64,000 bases of DNA from Trichinella spiralis (lineage: Eukaryota). This document shows, piece by piece, positions 53,501 through 64,000 of this stretch. The translations under genes were made by a program, and so were the position numbers. Below the pieces are notes generated by a model that was not told where the DNA came from, made no database searches, and saw nothing but the letters and a program-made list of their open reading frames with translations. Position 1 is the first letter of the stretch. Every line of letters starts with the position of its first letter. Location: NCBI RefSeq assembly GCF_000181795.1, contig NW_003526943.1, positions 11,894,007 through 11,958,006 of the forward strand, written 5' to 3'.

Positions 53501-54422
53501 TGCTTCGGTGAAACTACAACCAGCGAAACAAGAACTGATCACAGGATTTATCGAACAATTTTCTGAACGTTTACTGGAATATCTTGATGTTAATGGTACG
53601 GCTCCGAAAAATATTATTGTTTATCGAGATGGAGTATCCGAAGGTCAATTTATGCAGGTGAAATTGTGTTGTATCATTAATTAAAGCAAAGTAAAAATTT
53701 ATTTTTTTAAAAAGGTTTTGGAAGAAGAACTGCCTGCTCTTCGTAGGGCTTGCAAATCATTTGCAACAAATTACCGGCCGTTGATTACGTTTATTGTGGT
53801 TCAAAAGCGACATCATGCTCGATTTTTTTGTTGTGATGAAGCTGCAGCACGAGGACGCGGGAAAAACATCCCTGCTGGTACTGTTATCGATAGAGTAGTG
53901 ACATCTCCTGATGAATATGATTTCTTTTTGTGCAGTCATCATGGAATTCAAGTATGACTTTATCAAATATTTTGAATCTTTATTATTAATATTATTTGAA
54001 TTGCAGGGAACTAGTAGACCGACGCGATATCATGTGCTGTTTGATGAAAGCAACATGGATGCGAATGTCATGCAATCGATTACATACTATTTATGTCATC
54101 TGTATGGTAGATGTGCTCGTTCTGTCAGTATACCAGCACCAGTATATTTTGCAGATTTAGTTTGCGCCCGTGCTCGTTATCATGTTCTTGCAGCGTTGTA
54201 AGTTTGATTAATTAACTTATTTAAAAATGAATGAATTATTGGTTTTTATTTTTTAGAAATTCTGGTCTAGTGGAAAAGTATTCTGATGAAGACAGTAATA
54301 GTAGTAGTGGTAGTAGTAGTAGTAGTAGTAGTTCCAGCAGTAAAGCCGAATCCGTGAAAACAGAATTGACTAATATAATTGCACTTCACAAAAGAGTTAA
54401 AAGAATCATGTACTTTGCATGA
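50546..54422 (+). CDS. Argonaute protein (AGO clade, ALG-3/4-like), multi-exon, apparently intact
   Basis: MSQQ start with micro-exons 50546-50558 and 50734-50780. [26 protein letters not shown] ([23 protein letters not shown]), [60 protein letters not shown], ending MYFA*. Subfamily call is from remembered similarity of the ADLV..RAR motif. Confidence 0.93.
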
Positions 54423-55544
54423 TCTATATCAACGATGGAAGCGTATTTTAGTCTAGTATATTGTTTAGTATTCATTTGTAAGCACTAAATATATTTGTGT
54501 TTGTTTTCGTGTTGTATTTATTTCTGTCTCTGTGTGTGTCCATGTGTGTATTTCTTAATGTTTTTAGATTATAGCTTTTCGTTTCACACATTGTTGTGAT
54601 AAAGAAAATTAGTATACATCATGTAATGAGGATGGTTCAATATCTGTGCATTATACTTCTTATGATCAGTTCATTATACCATTCATATTAAATGTATAAT
54701 ATTGAGGTGAAGATGTTTGTTTGCATGATAAATAAAAGAGATGGGAAACAAAAATGTATGTATGATTAAGTAAAGAGTTGGAGAAAATTGTTATCAGGGT
54801 TTTAAATGTGAAATATGCGGACAGTTTTGAAATATTTTCTTATTCTTGATGCTTAATATGTTTAACAGCACTGTAATTTTTTCGTCCAATGCTAGCGCTA
54901 TTAGTGCAATCCTAACCATTATGAATATGAGCAGTATTTCAAAGTTCATCGTTGTCACTGCGTGGGAGCAGCAGCAAAGTAACTAAAATTGTTGAAATAA
55001 ATTTATGACGCAAAAGTACTTGTTCATACATCAATAAATGAGGAAAGTCAATGAATGAAATGTGCGTGTGTTTGTCTATGAACAGTACTGTTTTCTGAAG
55101 GCTTCATCTATAGCTAATTGCAGATATTTATTCTCATATTATTATTGATTGTTGATTTTTGATGACCATTAACGGACAAATTGATAACCATTTTCTAAAG
55201 AAAAAATGAAATTAAAGTTTGAATTTTACTTTGTCGTGAGAAACCAATTTGTATGTTTTACTCTTTCATGGAAATATCTCAAATCAAAATTGCCGTCTCC
55301 ATTATTTTTGTGATTAGATATTAGAAATGTGAAAGATATTGCTTACTGTTCAGTTTTCTTTCATACTTTTGAATATAATTAACTTCCATTTTTTATAATA
55401 CAGTCGAAAACACCAATTCATATAATAAAAATCTGTATATTAGAAAATGAAAATTAGTTGTCATTAGCTTAAAAGAATTTTAACCAGTGACGTATTAAAT
55501 TTATGAAAATAATCATAAAGAAGGAATATTAGCTTTAGACGCGT

Positions 55545-57320
55545 TTGAAAAAAGGTTCTGCGGAATGGAACGGGACATCTTTGAACAGCTGTCCCGACCG
55601 AAATGGAACACTGGAACGTCTCATTCGGGTCACGGCATATTGCTGTAGGTTCCTCCTGAATGTGAGAACCCACGCAGGGGAACGGAAGATCAGAGCCCGG
55701 CTGTCCTTGCTGGAATTGCAAGACGCTGATAAGCTGTAAGTGAAAGCGATTCAAGCGGAGGCGTTTCCAGTAATGAAGTCCGCCTCAGGGCCCATCCCTG
55801 TGCGACCAGGGGATTCCCTTTCAGCCTTGTCTCCATTCGTAAACACGGAAGGTTTTTTGCGAGTGGGAGGGAGATTATCAAGGACAGCGCTGCCTTGGTG
55901 CCACCACCATTCCTTACTCCTCCCACGCAACGGACCGGTCGTTGAGCTCATCGTGCGACGAGCTCATGAATCAGAATTTCACACTGGGCTGAACCAAACC
56001 TTGACAGCCTTGCGGCGTCGCTTCTGGGTAGTTCGGGGCCGGCAAGCAGTCAAGAGATGCACCGGAGCTTGCATCATTTGCCAGAAGCACGACGCTCCTC
56101 CGTTCTGCCCACTGATGTGCGACCTCCCGCCTGAAAGAGTGACACAGTCACTCCCATTCAACCGAGTAGGGTTGGATTTTGCAGGACCGTTACACGTGAA
56201 AGATTAACATCGGCCTCTGCAAAAGGTGTACATCTGTCTGTTTACGTTCATGGTCACTCGAGCGCTGCACTTGGAACTGGTGTTGGATATGACCACGATC
56301 AGCTTCTTGGCCGCACTTCGCCGATTCATCGCCAGACGTGGGAAACCGAGTGTGATTCACACTGACAATTTCCGGACGTTTAAGCAAGCAGATTCCTTTT
56401 TGCGAGATCTGCTCCACGGGCAGTTAGCTGAGAAGATCCAGGAGGACTTGGCGATGCGGCAGATCGAGTGGAGGTACAGCACCGATCGAGCCCCCTGGTG
56501 CGGTGGCTACTGGGAGCGGCTTCTCAGATCGGTGAAGAACGCTCTGAGGAAGGTCTTGGGGAAGGAATTGCTCCGCAGCTGGGAGTTGCACACAGTGTTG
56601 TGTAAGTTGGAGGCTCCGATCAGTGACCCTGTTGAGCGATAACCCTCATGACTGTGCCCGGTTGACGCCGGCGCACTTCCTCATTGGATGAGACCTGGCA
56701 TCCCTCCTGATTCCCGCTGCATCCGCATCAGCGCCGACAAACGCATCCGGCCTGCGCAAGCGTTGGCGACACCAACAGCTGCTGATGAAGCATCTGAGGA
56801 ATCGATGGTTGGAAGAGTGTCTGGTGACTTTCAACTCACGAGGAAAATGAACTAAGATCGGACGACAGCCGGAAAAGGGAGACCTAGTGTTCCTGGTGGA
56901 AGAAGGCGTTCCGCGGAACTGTTGGAAACTAGGTGTGATCACAGTGCCGTTGACGGGAAGCGACGGAGTCACAAGGTCAGTGAAGGTACGGACCGCCAGG
57001 GGTCTTCTCAGCCGGCCGAGCAGATCGCTGATCCTCCTGGAGCCAACATCGGTTAGGTGATGGACCATGGTCCATCACGAAGGTAATTGAAAACTCCCTC
57101 CGGTTGAGCCTGACCATCCGTAGCAGCTACCGTAACGGGTGATTGGGGTGGTGACGTAGTGGTCACGTGCGAGCGTGTTTGAACGTGCGTGTGATCTGAG
57201 CTTCTGCGTGTGCGTTGGACTGTGATTGTTTTGTGCGATTTTTCGGAATAGAGCCTAGTTCCGCGCCGTTGTTTTCAATTGTTAGCGAAAAGCAACTGAC
57301 ACTCATAGTTGTATTCAACA
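55545..57320 (+). mobile_element. Degenerate BEL/Pao pol 3' end (RNase H tail, integrase) and partial 3' LTR
   Basis: LIRVTAYCCRF, GFLRVGGRL, HH-CC zinc motif, VGLDFAGP, TDN, APWCGGYWERL..SVK, VRTARG; several stops and frameshifts. Confidence 0.88.
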
Positions 57321-57415
57321 TACACAGTTCCACGTTATAACTAAAAGCTTTTTCTTTATAAAAAAATATTAAATAATTATTTATGTCCAAATAAAGTAAT
57401 CTAATGGAATGCACC

Positions 57416-58011
57416 TGTTAGGAAATCTTTCGTTTAAACTTGAAGATCTTTTCTGTAAGTGGACTGTATAGGTTATTTATAGAAAATCAACGATAGCGGG
57501 TGTGACTAAGTTTCGACTTATTCAGAACAAACTGTGAGTAATAACAGTGAGATAGCAAGAGAAAACGGTTCAGGCGGTTTTCGAGACGGCGTGTTCCGTA
57601 TTATTCGTATTTGGAAATCGTATGTGTATCGGTGTTGTTCCCTCCTCCCTCCTCACTCCTATATATATATCTTTTTCTTGACTTCACTCCGCATCTGGCG
57701 ACCTAGATCATCGAAAAGTAATTAGAAAATCCGCTTGGTTGCGCAATCCCTTAGACTGTGCAGCTTAGCCGGAGTCTGAACAGGCGCGCTATCTGCCACA
57801 TTTCACTTTGACGGTTTTTCAGCAGCTGACCACCGGAGTTGTGGCAGATATATGACAAGACGCTGACATTTTGACCGCTTAATTGCTATTCCATTGTTTT
57901 CCATTGAGAAAAACAGGGGAAGCGGATGGCGTAACGTCACCATTGTTTTCGTACACTGAGCAATGTTATTTTAGTACTGATGAGCAGGTATTGAGAAAAG
58001 ATTTCTCAACA
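57416..58011 (-). mobile_element. Solo LTR of the same family as 41093-41684
   Basis: Inverted termini TGTTAGGAAATCTTT...AAAGATTTCTCAACA; collinear but clearly diverged from the other LTR; no adjacent PBS; flanks GCACC/GCAAG are only a partial TSD. Confidence 0.85.
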
Positions 58012-58723
58012 GCAAGCATATTTGGAAAAGAGTTCATAAACAACAATCACCCAATCCTTGATCACAGCTGAATAGCTAATCAAATGGCACAGTTATTCAC
58101 ACAACCACTTATCATATTGATTAGCTAATAAAATAGCAGAAATCATTAGCCAATTACCAAACAATCGCCCGACAACATATCAGCGAACAGTCAATCACAA
58201 CAATGGGATCGAATTTACGCGGAAGAGTTCAGAACAAACCTCCGAACAAAGCATGTTCCTTTATTACTACTAATGGATACTGTAGCGCTACAGTATTCCT
58301 GGAAAACACTTCGCGAGGCGTACCAGATTTTGTTTGAAAATTGTTCATCTGCTATTCAAGTCTGAATTGTTTGTCTTGAATATTTTTACTTGCAAGTTTC
58401 TTTAAGTGAAACTGATTGTCTGGAAAAGATTCTTCTGTTTGTATATGATTAAAATATTGTGTTTGGTGATAGAATTTGTTTGCTGTAACTTTGGCCGTTA
58501 CAATTGCGATTGATGATAGAATTAATTATTAATTGAACGTTGCAGCAGCGTTGCAGTACAAGCTCTTCCAATTGATATTAGATGTATTTAAAATTGGAAA
58601 CGCCACTGGCAGGTTCTCATCTGAACTATCAAGAAGCTTTGTTAATGCACATGGCACGAGCTCAATTTTCAACAGTTGATGCTGCACTGAAGGTGTGCGA
58701 AAATCATTGTTCAAAGTTACGAG

Positions 58724-59615
58724 ATTCTTTTGGTGATGTCAGCTTTGGCACGTGGTTATGATGGTTAGATGTTTTCATTTTAATTTGTCCCAGTAATCAT
58801 GATGCCGATTACACGGTTTTCGCTCGCAAACTGTAAAATTGGAAATGTTGATGAAGTTTGTTTGCGCAAATTGAAAAAATCAGAAATTTTTCTGGAAGTT
58901 GGTTCTGTTGATGTTGATCGTATAAATCATTTTTATGATTTCGCATGTGAAGACGTCATTCAAATTTTACCATCCTGTCACTGGTTTCTGTTTCAATGAC
59001 AGACATTTCATCTGGATGCCGTTTTATGTATGCAGTACAGCGGAAGAACAGACGTGTTTGGACAACAACGTTCTTGGACTGTTGTCAAATGTGGAATAGT
59101 TTGCAACGCAACCGAATGTGTTTTCTCCTGGTTGAAGTCGCACTGCACAAAACACTCTCTACACCTCACATTGCATTGTAGCATCTGCAGGAAGCCGTTT
59201 CTCTCCATTAACTCAGTCGCCTCCCACAATCCGCACTCCATGAAAGCATCTGGAGGTCCTGAAAGACCATCAGAAAGCTCCTAATCCTCTACGGTTTGGT
59301 ATACTGTAGTTCTGCAGTAAGACTGGGTAAGCAGCCCCCTACTGACCGCGCCCCCTTCTTTCTGAAGCGCGCTCCGATAAACAATACTGTATATACTGTG
59401 AGGTGAGCGAACACCTCAAACTGATGAACCTTGGCTCTGCATCGGGCCCCGATGGAGTCAAAGTGTCCAACCTCCGTGAAATTGGCCCCACTGTCTCTCT
59501 AAGGTCATTAAGACTTTTCTGTGGAGAGACACATCCCCCAGATCCTACAGGATTGTCGGACCGCCGTCATTCCGAAAGTAGACAATCCCCGGTCCGATGC
59601 TGAAGACTTCCGGTC
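58724..59615 (+). repeat. Right arm of the 892-bp inverted repeat
   Basis: Reverse complement of 44689-45580. Confidence 0.95.
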
Positions 59616-62600
59616 TATCACGATTGGCTTTTGCATGTACCGACTCTTCAGCAAGATTGTAACAAACCCGCTCAGCGAATTAACACCCCTCAACCCCTGT
59701 CAAAAAGCCTTCCACTCAGGCACGGATGGCGCTTTTGACAACGTCAGCAACGTGGCTTCGCTCCTCGAACTGTTCCGCAGAACAGGTAAGGAAATTAATG
59801 TTGCATGCATAGACTTAGCCTATGGCTTTGACACAATTAACCACACCTCAATCACACGTGCTCTCTGCAGACATGGGGTGGACTTTGGCTCAATAGAGCA
59901 TGTCGAATCAATGATAGGCAGTCTCTCAGCAATGTAAGCTGTCCGATTGATGTCTACGACTGCGATTAAGCCAGTGCCCTGAAGTAGATGCAGCGCTTTC
60001 ACATATAAACATCCCGCCAACTCTAAAAATATACTGAGCCCCATCTTTCTCGAGGAGGTTACGCTGCACCTCCAAAAAATGAAGGTGAAAACGTCAGCAG
60101 GCGCTGACTTAATGCAGGTGTCGCACCTTCGTACGTGCGACCCGGTGTGCCTAACGAAGGCCTCTAACCTTTTTCTACTCACTAGGTGCATCCCCCAACA
60201 GCTCAAGGATTGTCGCACCACTCTCATTCCTAAAACCGACAGTCCCCACCCTGATGCTGAAGACTACAGGCCTATAACTGTTGCTTCCTGCTTGTACCGG
60301 CTCTTCAGCAAAATTGCAATGAGGCAGCTAGAAAATTCTTTTTCCCTCCATCCACGTCAAAAGGCCTTACCGTCAGGCACAGATGGTGCTTTTGATAATA
60401 CGTCCACATAGAAGACCATTATCAGGGAAGCGCACAAACGCGGTAAGGGACTCAACATCGTCAGCATAGACCTTGCCAAAGCATTGGACACCGTCAATCA
60501 TAGTTCAATAGACGGGGCACCATGCATGCAGGGCTTGGATGTAGACTCACGTAACTTAATCGCACAGATGGTCACAGGAAGCAGCACAATTATTAAGGGG
60601 GATGGAGGGGCACTAAGCAATAGGATTGAGATTAACCAGGGAGTCCGACAGGGAGATCCAATTTCCCCCCTCCTCTTCAACTCAGTCATGGACGAGTTGA
60701 TAGAGCGCCTTGAACAAAGCGGAGTGGGTTTTAAATTAAAGGGAGTTGAGGTCATAACCCTGGCGTTTGCGGACGACGTAACCCTTATTAGCAGAAGCCA
60801 CAGGGGAATGGAGAAATTGCTCTCCATTACCCTGGACTTCCTTAACGAGAGGGATCTAAAACTCAACGTTAACAAATGCAAAGGTATCCGACTCATCCGC
60901 ACGCCCAAAACCAAATCACTAGTCGAGGATACCCGACTGCAGCGGCATTTGCATCACCGCCATCCTGAGTTATCAAAAAAACCTGTGGAATACTTTTGCG
61001 CTAAAAGAGATTCCCTTTCTTAAATGATACTTGACAAAAAAGGCAAGTATAATCAGGAGACTGCCAAGGCTGTGAAAGTATCATATGAAATAGCCATGTT
61101 GATTGCCATGAATAAGAAACCACATGCTATTGGAGAAAATCTTGTTAAGCCCTGCATTGTGAATGCAGTAAAGATTCTGCTTGGGGATGACATGGCGAAG
61201 CAATTTAAAAATATTTCTTTTTCTGATTCAACAGTTAAACGCCGAATCGATGAATTGGCTGATGATATAAAACAGCAAGTTCTTGAAAAGGTAAAGTGTT
61301 CTCCTTTTCTTGCTATAAGTTGTGATGAGTCCACAGACCAGGCAAACTGTGCACAGCTCATTGTATACGCACGGTTCATTGCAAATAACACAATTGAAGA
61401 AAAACTACTTTTTTCTGAACCACTAAAAACTACAACGAAAGGAGCTGATGTGTTCCAAGCTGTGTCACAATTTTTTGGAGTAAATAGCGTGATGTGGGAA
61501 ACACTTGTTGGTGTATGCACTGACGGTGCACCCGCAATGCTTGGCTCTCGGTCTGGCTTTGTGAAGATGGTCAAATCAAAAAACCCATCTATTTTTGCAA
61601 TGCACTGTGCAATTCATCGGCAGGCTTTGGTTGCTAAAACTCTGCCTGATGATCTCAGAGAAGACCTTAATTTTGCCGTGGAGGTTGTCAACTATGTGAA
61701 AAGCAGTGCATTGAACACTCGATTATTTGCGTCACTCTGTGAAAGTTTGAATGCTGACCACATGGCACTTCTCTATCATACAGAAGTTTGTTGGTTATCA
61801 AAAGGAAACATGCTTGGCCGGATTTATGAACTGAGAGAAGCAGTGGCAGAGTTTTTGGAGCAACGAGGAAGACGCACAGTGTGTCGAGCTTTCAAAAGTG
61901 AACATTTTCAGCTTAGCCTGGCATATCTTGCAGATATTTTTGAAGCGCTGAATTCACTGAATTTGAAACTGCAAGGAGCAAACGCGAATGTTATGGCTCA
62001 CTATGATATTGTTCAAAGCTTCACTGCAAAAATTTCTTTATGGTTAAAACAAGTTGAAAGAGGAAATTTAGCATGGTTTTCAAGACTCAACGAGCTTTTC
62101 AGTGATAAATGTCTCAGCGAAGATTTGAAAAGAAAAATGAAAGGGCACCTTAGAAGCCTACAAGACGAGTTTTTTCACTATTTTCCTGACGTGAAACCTC
62201 AAAACCTGATCTATAAACTTGTGAGAAATCCATTTTTAGTTAATGTCGAAGACCTTTCACACGATCTTCAAGAAGAAGCCATTGAATTGCAATTCAACAA
62301 CCTAGCTAAAGAAAGCTTTGAAAGTACGCCATTAGAAAACTTCTGGGTGAAGTTACAAGCAGAATATCCTAAAATAAGTTGACAAAGCTTACGTATATTG
62401 GTTCCTTTCTCCTCAACGTACCTTTGTGAAACGGGATTCTCAGCTATCATGACACTTAATATGCAACACCGAAACAGGTTAAACGTTGAAAGCGATTTGC
62501 GATGTACTTTATCACCCACTCCACCAAGAATAGACAACTTAGTCGCAAATAAGCATTGTCAATATTCTCATTAAATTTTTATTGTGAATCATTCAGGAAT

Positions 62601-63986
62601 GTTTTACTGTGGAAACTAGCTTGGCTTGATGCAACCATAAAGCAAAATGTTGCTTTCCGTATACTGAATACATACCGCACTACTTTTCATTAGAGGGGGG
62701 CATTAACTGCAGAACATTTATTAAGGGGGGGAGGGCGTGCGCTGACACAGTTTGAGAAACACTGCTCTAAAGCGTTTAGAGTCCCCACTCGCTGAGAGGA
62801 AAATCAGTACATCCCCATGGTGCCCCCGACGGCGAACTAAATTCCTAGGCATAGAAATCACTCTAACGGCATACCCCATTTCGACTTAGCTTCCTTTGGA
62901 GGGACCCTAGAAAGAATCCGTAAAGCCCCCCCCCCTCAAACCCGCACAGAAACGTGCCACTGTGCGGGACTATCTGATTCCATCACTGGAATACAGACTG
63001 GGAGTCCCCGGGACATCTAGAAAACTCTTGGAGAGCGTAGATGGGGCAATAAGGTGAACAGTTAAACGCTTCCTGCACCTTCCAACCACCGGCATGAACA
63101 GCATGTTCTTGTCCATGCCAGTTAAAGAGGGAGGACTTGGATTGCGTCCTCTCTCTACAGAGCACATTACACGGGTAGCGGTGGGTACTAACAGCATGTC
63201 TAACAGCACTGACACCGTCTCTAGAGTAGTGGCTGACACTACAACTTTGCGGAAGCAGTTGCTCTCGGCATTGGAGCACTTTGCAGTTCCGGCAGCTACC
63301 AAAAGTGCTATCCGGGAAGGAAAGCGTAACCTCCTTCGGGAGGAGATCGCTCAGCTCTCAGAGACGTACCAAAGTAGCTGTCTTTCGTCTTTTAAAAAGG
63401 CGTCTCTGGTAAACTCTTGGCTGCGCGGCACTAGCGGCATGCGTAGTCCGGACTTTATCACCGGGCTGAAGCTACGGTTCGGCGTCATCGAGACCCGTAG
63501 CCAGAAGTGGAGGGGCCGAACTCCACAAAACCCGGATGCGCTGCTGTGCAGGCACTGCGGTCACTCGTCTCACAGAAGTGTCAGTTGGCACAAGCGATGA
63601 TCATCCAGAGACACAACAAAATTGTAAATCCTGATTTGGTATTGGTCAAAGACGGCGCTGCGCATATTGTAGACGTTGCGGTCCCTTGGGAAAAGGGAAC
63701 TACCATGGATGAAAAGCATGTGAGAAAGGTTAGCAAATACACAATATTAACAGAGGACGTCAAAGCACTCTTTGGCGTGCAAACCTGCACAGTCGGAGCT
63801 ATCATAATCGGAGCGCGTTCGAGCTGGTGCCCTTTGATTAATTGTTCTTTGAACAATTAATCTTTGAACAATAAATCACTAAAAGCATGCAGCCTGCACG
63901 TGCCAAAGAAGTTCAAGCGACTACTTTGCAGGGTAGCCCTCGAAGGTACCTGCAAAATATTCCAGAACTTCTTCACACGCACATAA
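59135..63986 (+). mobile_element. R2-type (family A) fragments: zinc finger, duplicated RT N-terminus, RT, linker, REL; interrupted by a hAT element
   Basis: CSICRKPF..SVASH, two RPIT/GAFDN blocks, GVRQGDPISPLLFN, AFADD; resumes at 62773 with GGLGLR, CRHCG, PDL, DVAVPWE; ends NFFTRT* (63984-63986) like the copy at 33424. Confidence 0.88.
60934..62764 (+). mobile_element. 5'-truncated hAT (Buster/ZBED5-like) transposon with pseudogenised transposase
   Basis: KKPHAIGENL, CDESTD, CTDGAPAM, HCAIH, EVCWLS, FSSTYLCETGFS, RNRLNVESDLR. In-frame stops at 61021 and 62380; true stop 62572-62574. 3' TIR ..AGTTTGAGAAACACTG followed by target octamer CTCTAAAG. Confidence 0.92.
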
Positions 63987-64000
63987 GCACAAAAAAGATG

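Noticed and set aside
38715..57320. gag-RT and integrase fragments as halves of one split BEL element
   Set aside because: Opposite strands; inverting the central segment would still put integrase upstream of gag.
41093..58011. Argonaute captured between two LTRs of one retrotransposon
   Set aside because: The LTRs are visibly diverged, the PBS and gag lie outside the pair (left of 41093), and there is no internal PBS or shared TSD.
58277..58296. Perfect 20-bp palindrome ATACTGTAGCGCTACAGTAT
   Set aside because: Isolated; no supporting context such as a Helitron CTAG end, so no function can be supported.
44689..59615. Maverick or other giant DNA transposon with 892-bp TIRs carrying Argonaute
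   Set aside because: No TSD, no characteristic termini, no polB or capsid genes, and homology continues past the outer ends into R2 RT.
1..64000. CRISPR array or prokaryotic defence system
   Set aside because: The sequence is eukaryotic (spliceosomal introns, 28S rDNA), the Argonaute is intron-containing, and no repeat-spacer array was seen.

Overview
AT-rich eukaryotic DNA with short GT-AG introns, most likely a clade I nematode such as Trichinella (inferred from the divergent secreted DNase II family and the gene content). The left half (1-30588) is ordinary gene space: the 3' end of a membrane-protein gene, a PNR/FAX-1 (NR2E3) nuclear receptor, a convergent FANCM gene, and two tandem DNase II-like genes with degenerate catalytic motifs. 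After a 10-N scaffold gap, the right half (30599-64000) is a mosaic of 28S rDNA remnants, R2-type non-LTR retrotransposon fragments, BEL/Pao LTR fragments and hAT elements arranged in strand-coherent blocks. In its middle is an apparently intact, intron-containing Argonaute gene (DEDD tetrad, ALG-3/4-like). About 1.4 kb upstream of it lies a cluster of alternately oriented repeats that can fold into long RNA hairpins. Both sit in a 13.1-kb segment bounded by a near-identical 892-bp inverted repeat. This Argonaute + hairpin + TE/rDNA-fragment arrangement is the best candidate for an undescribed small-RNA system. All exon boundaries and identities were read by eye; no searches or alignments were run.
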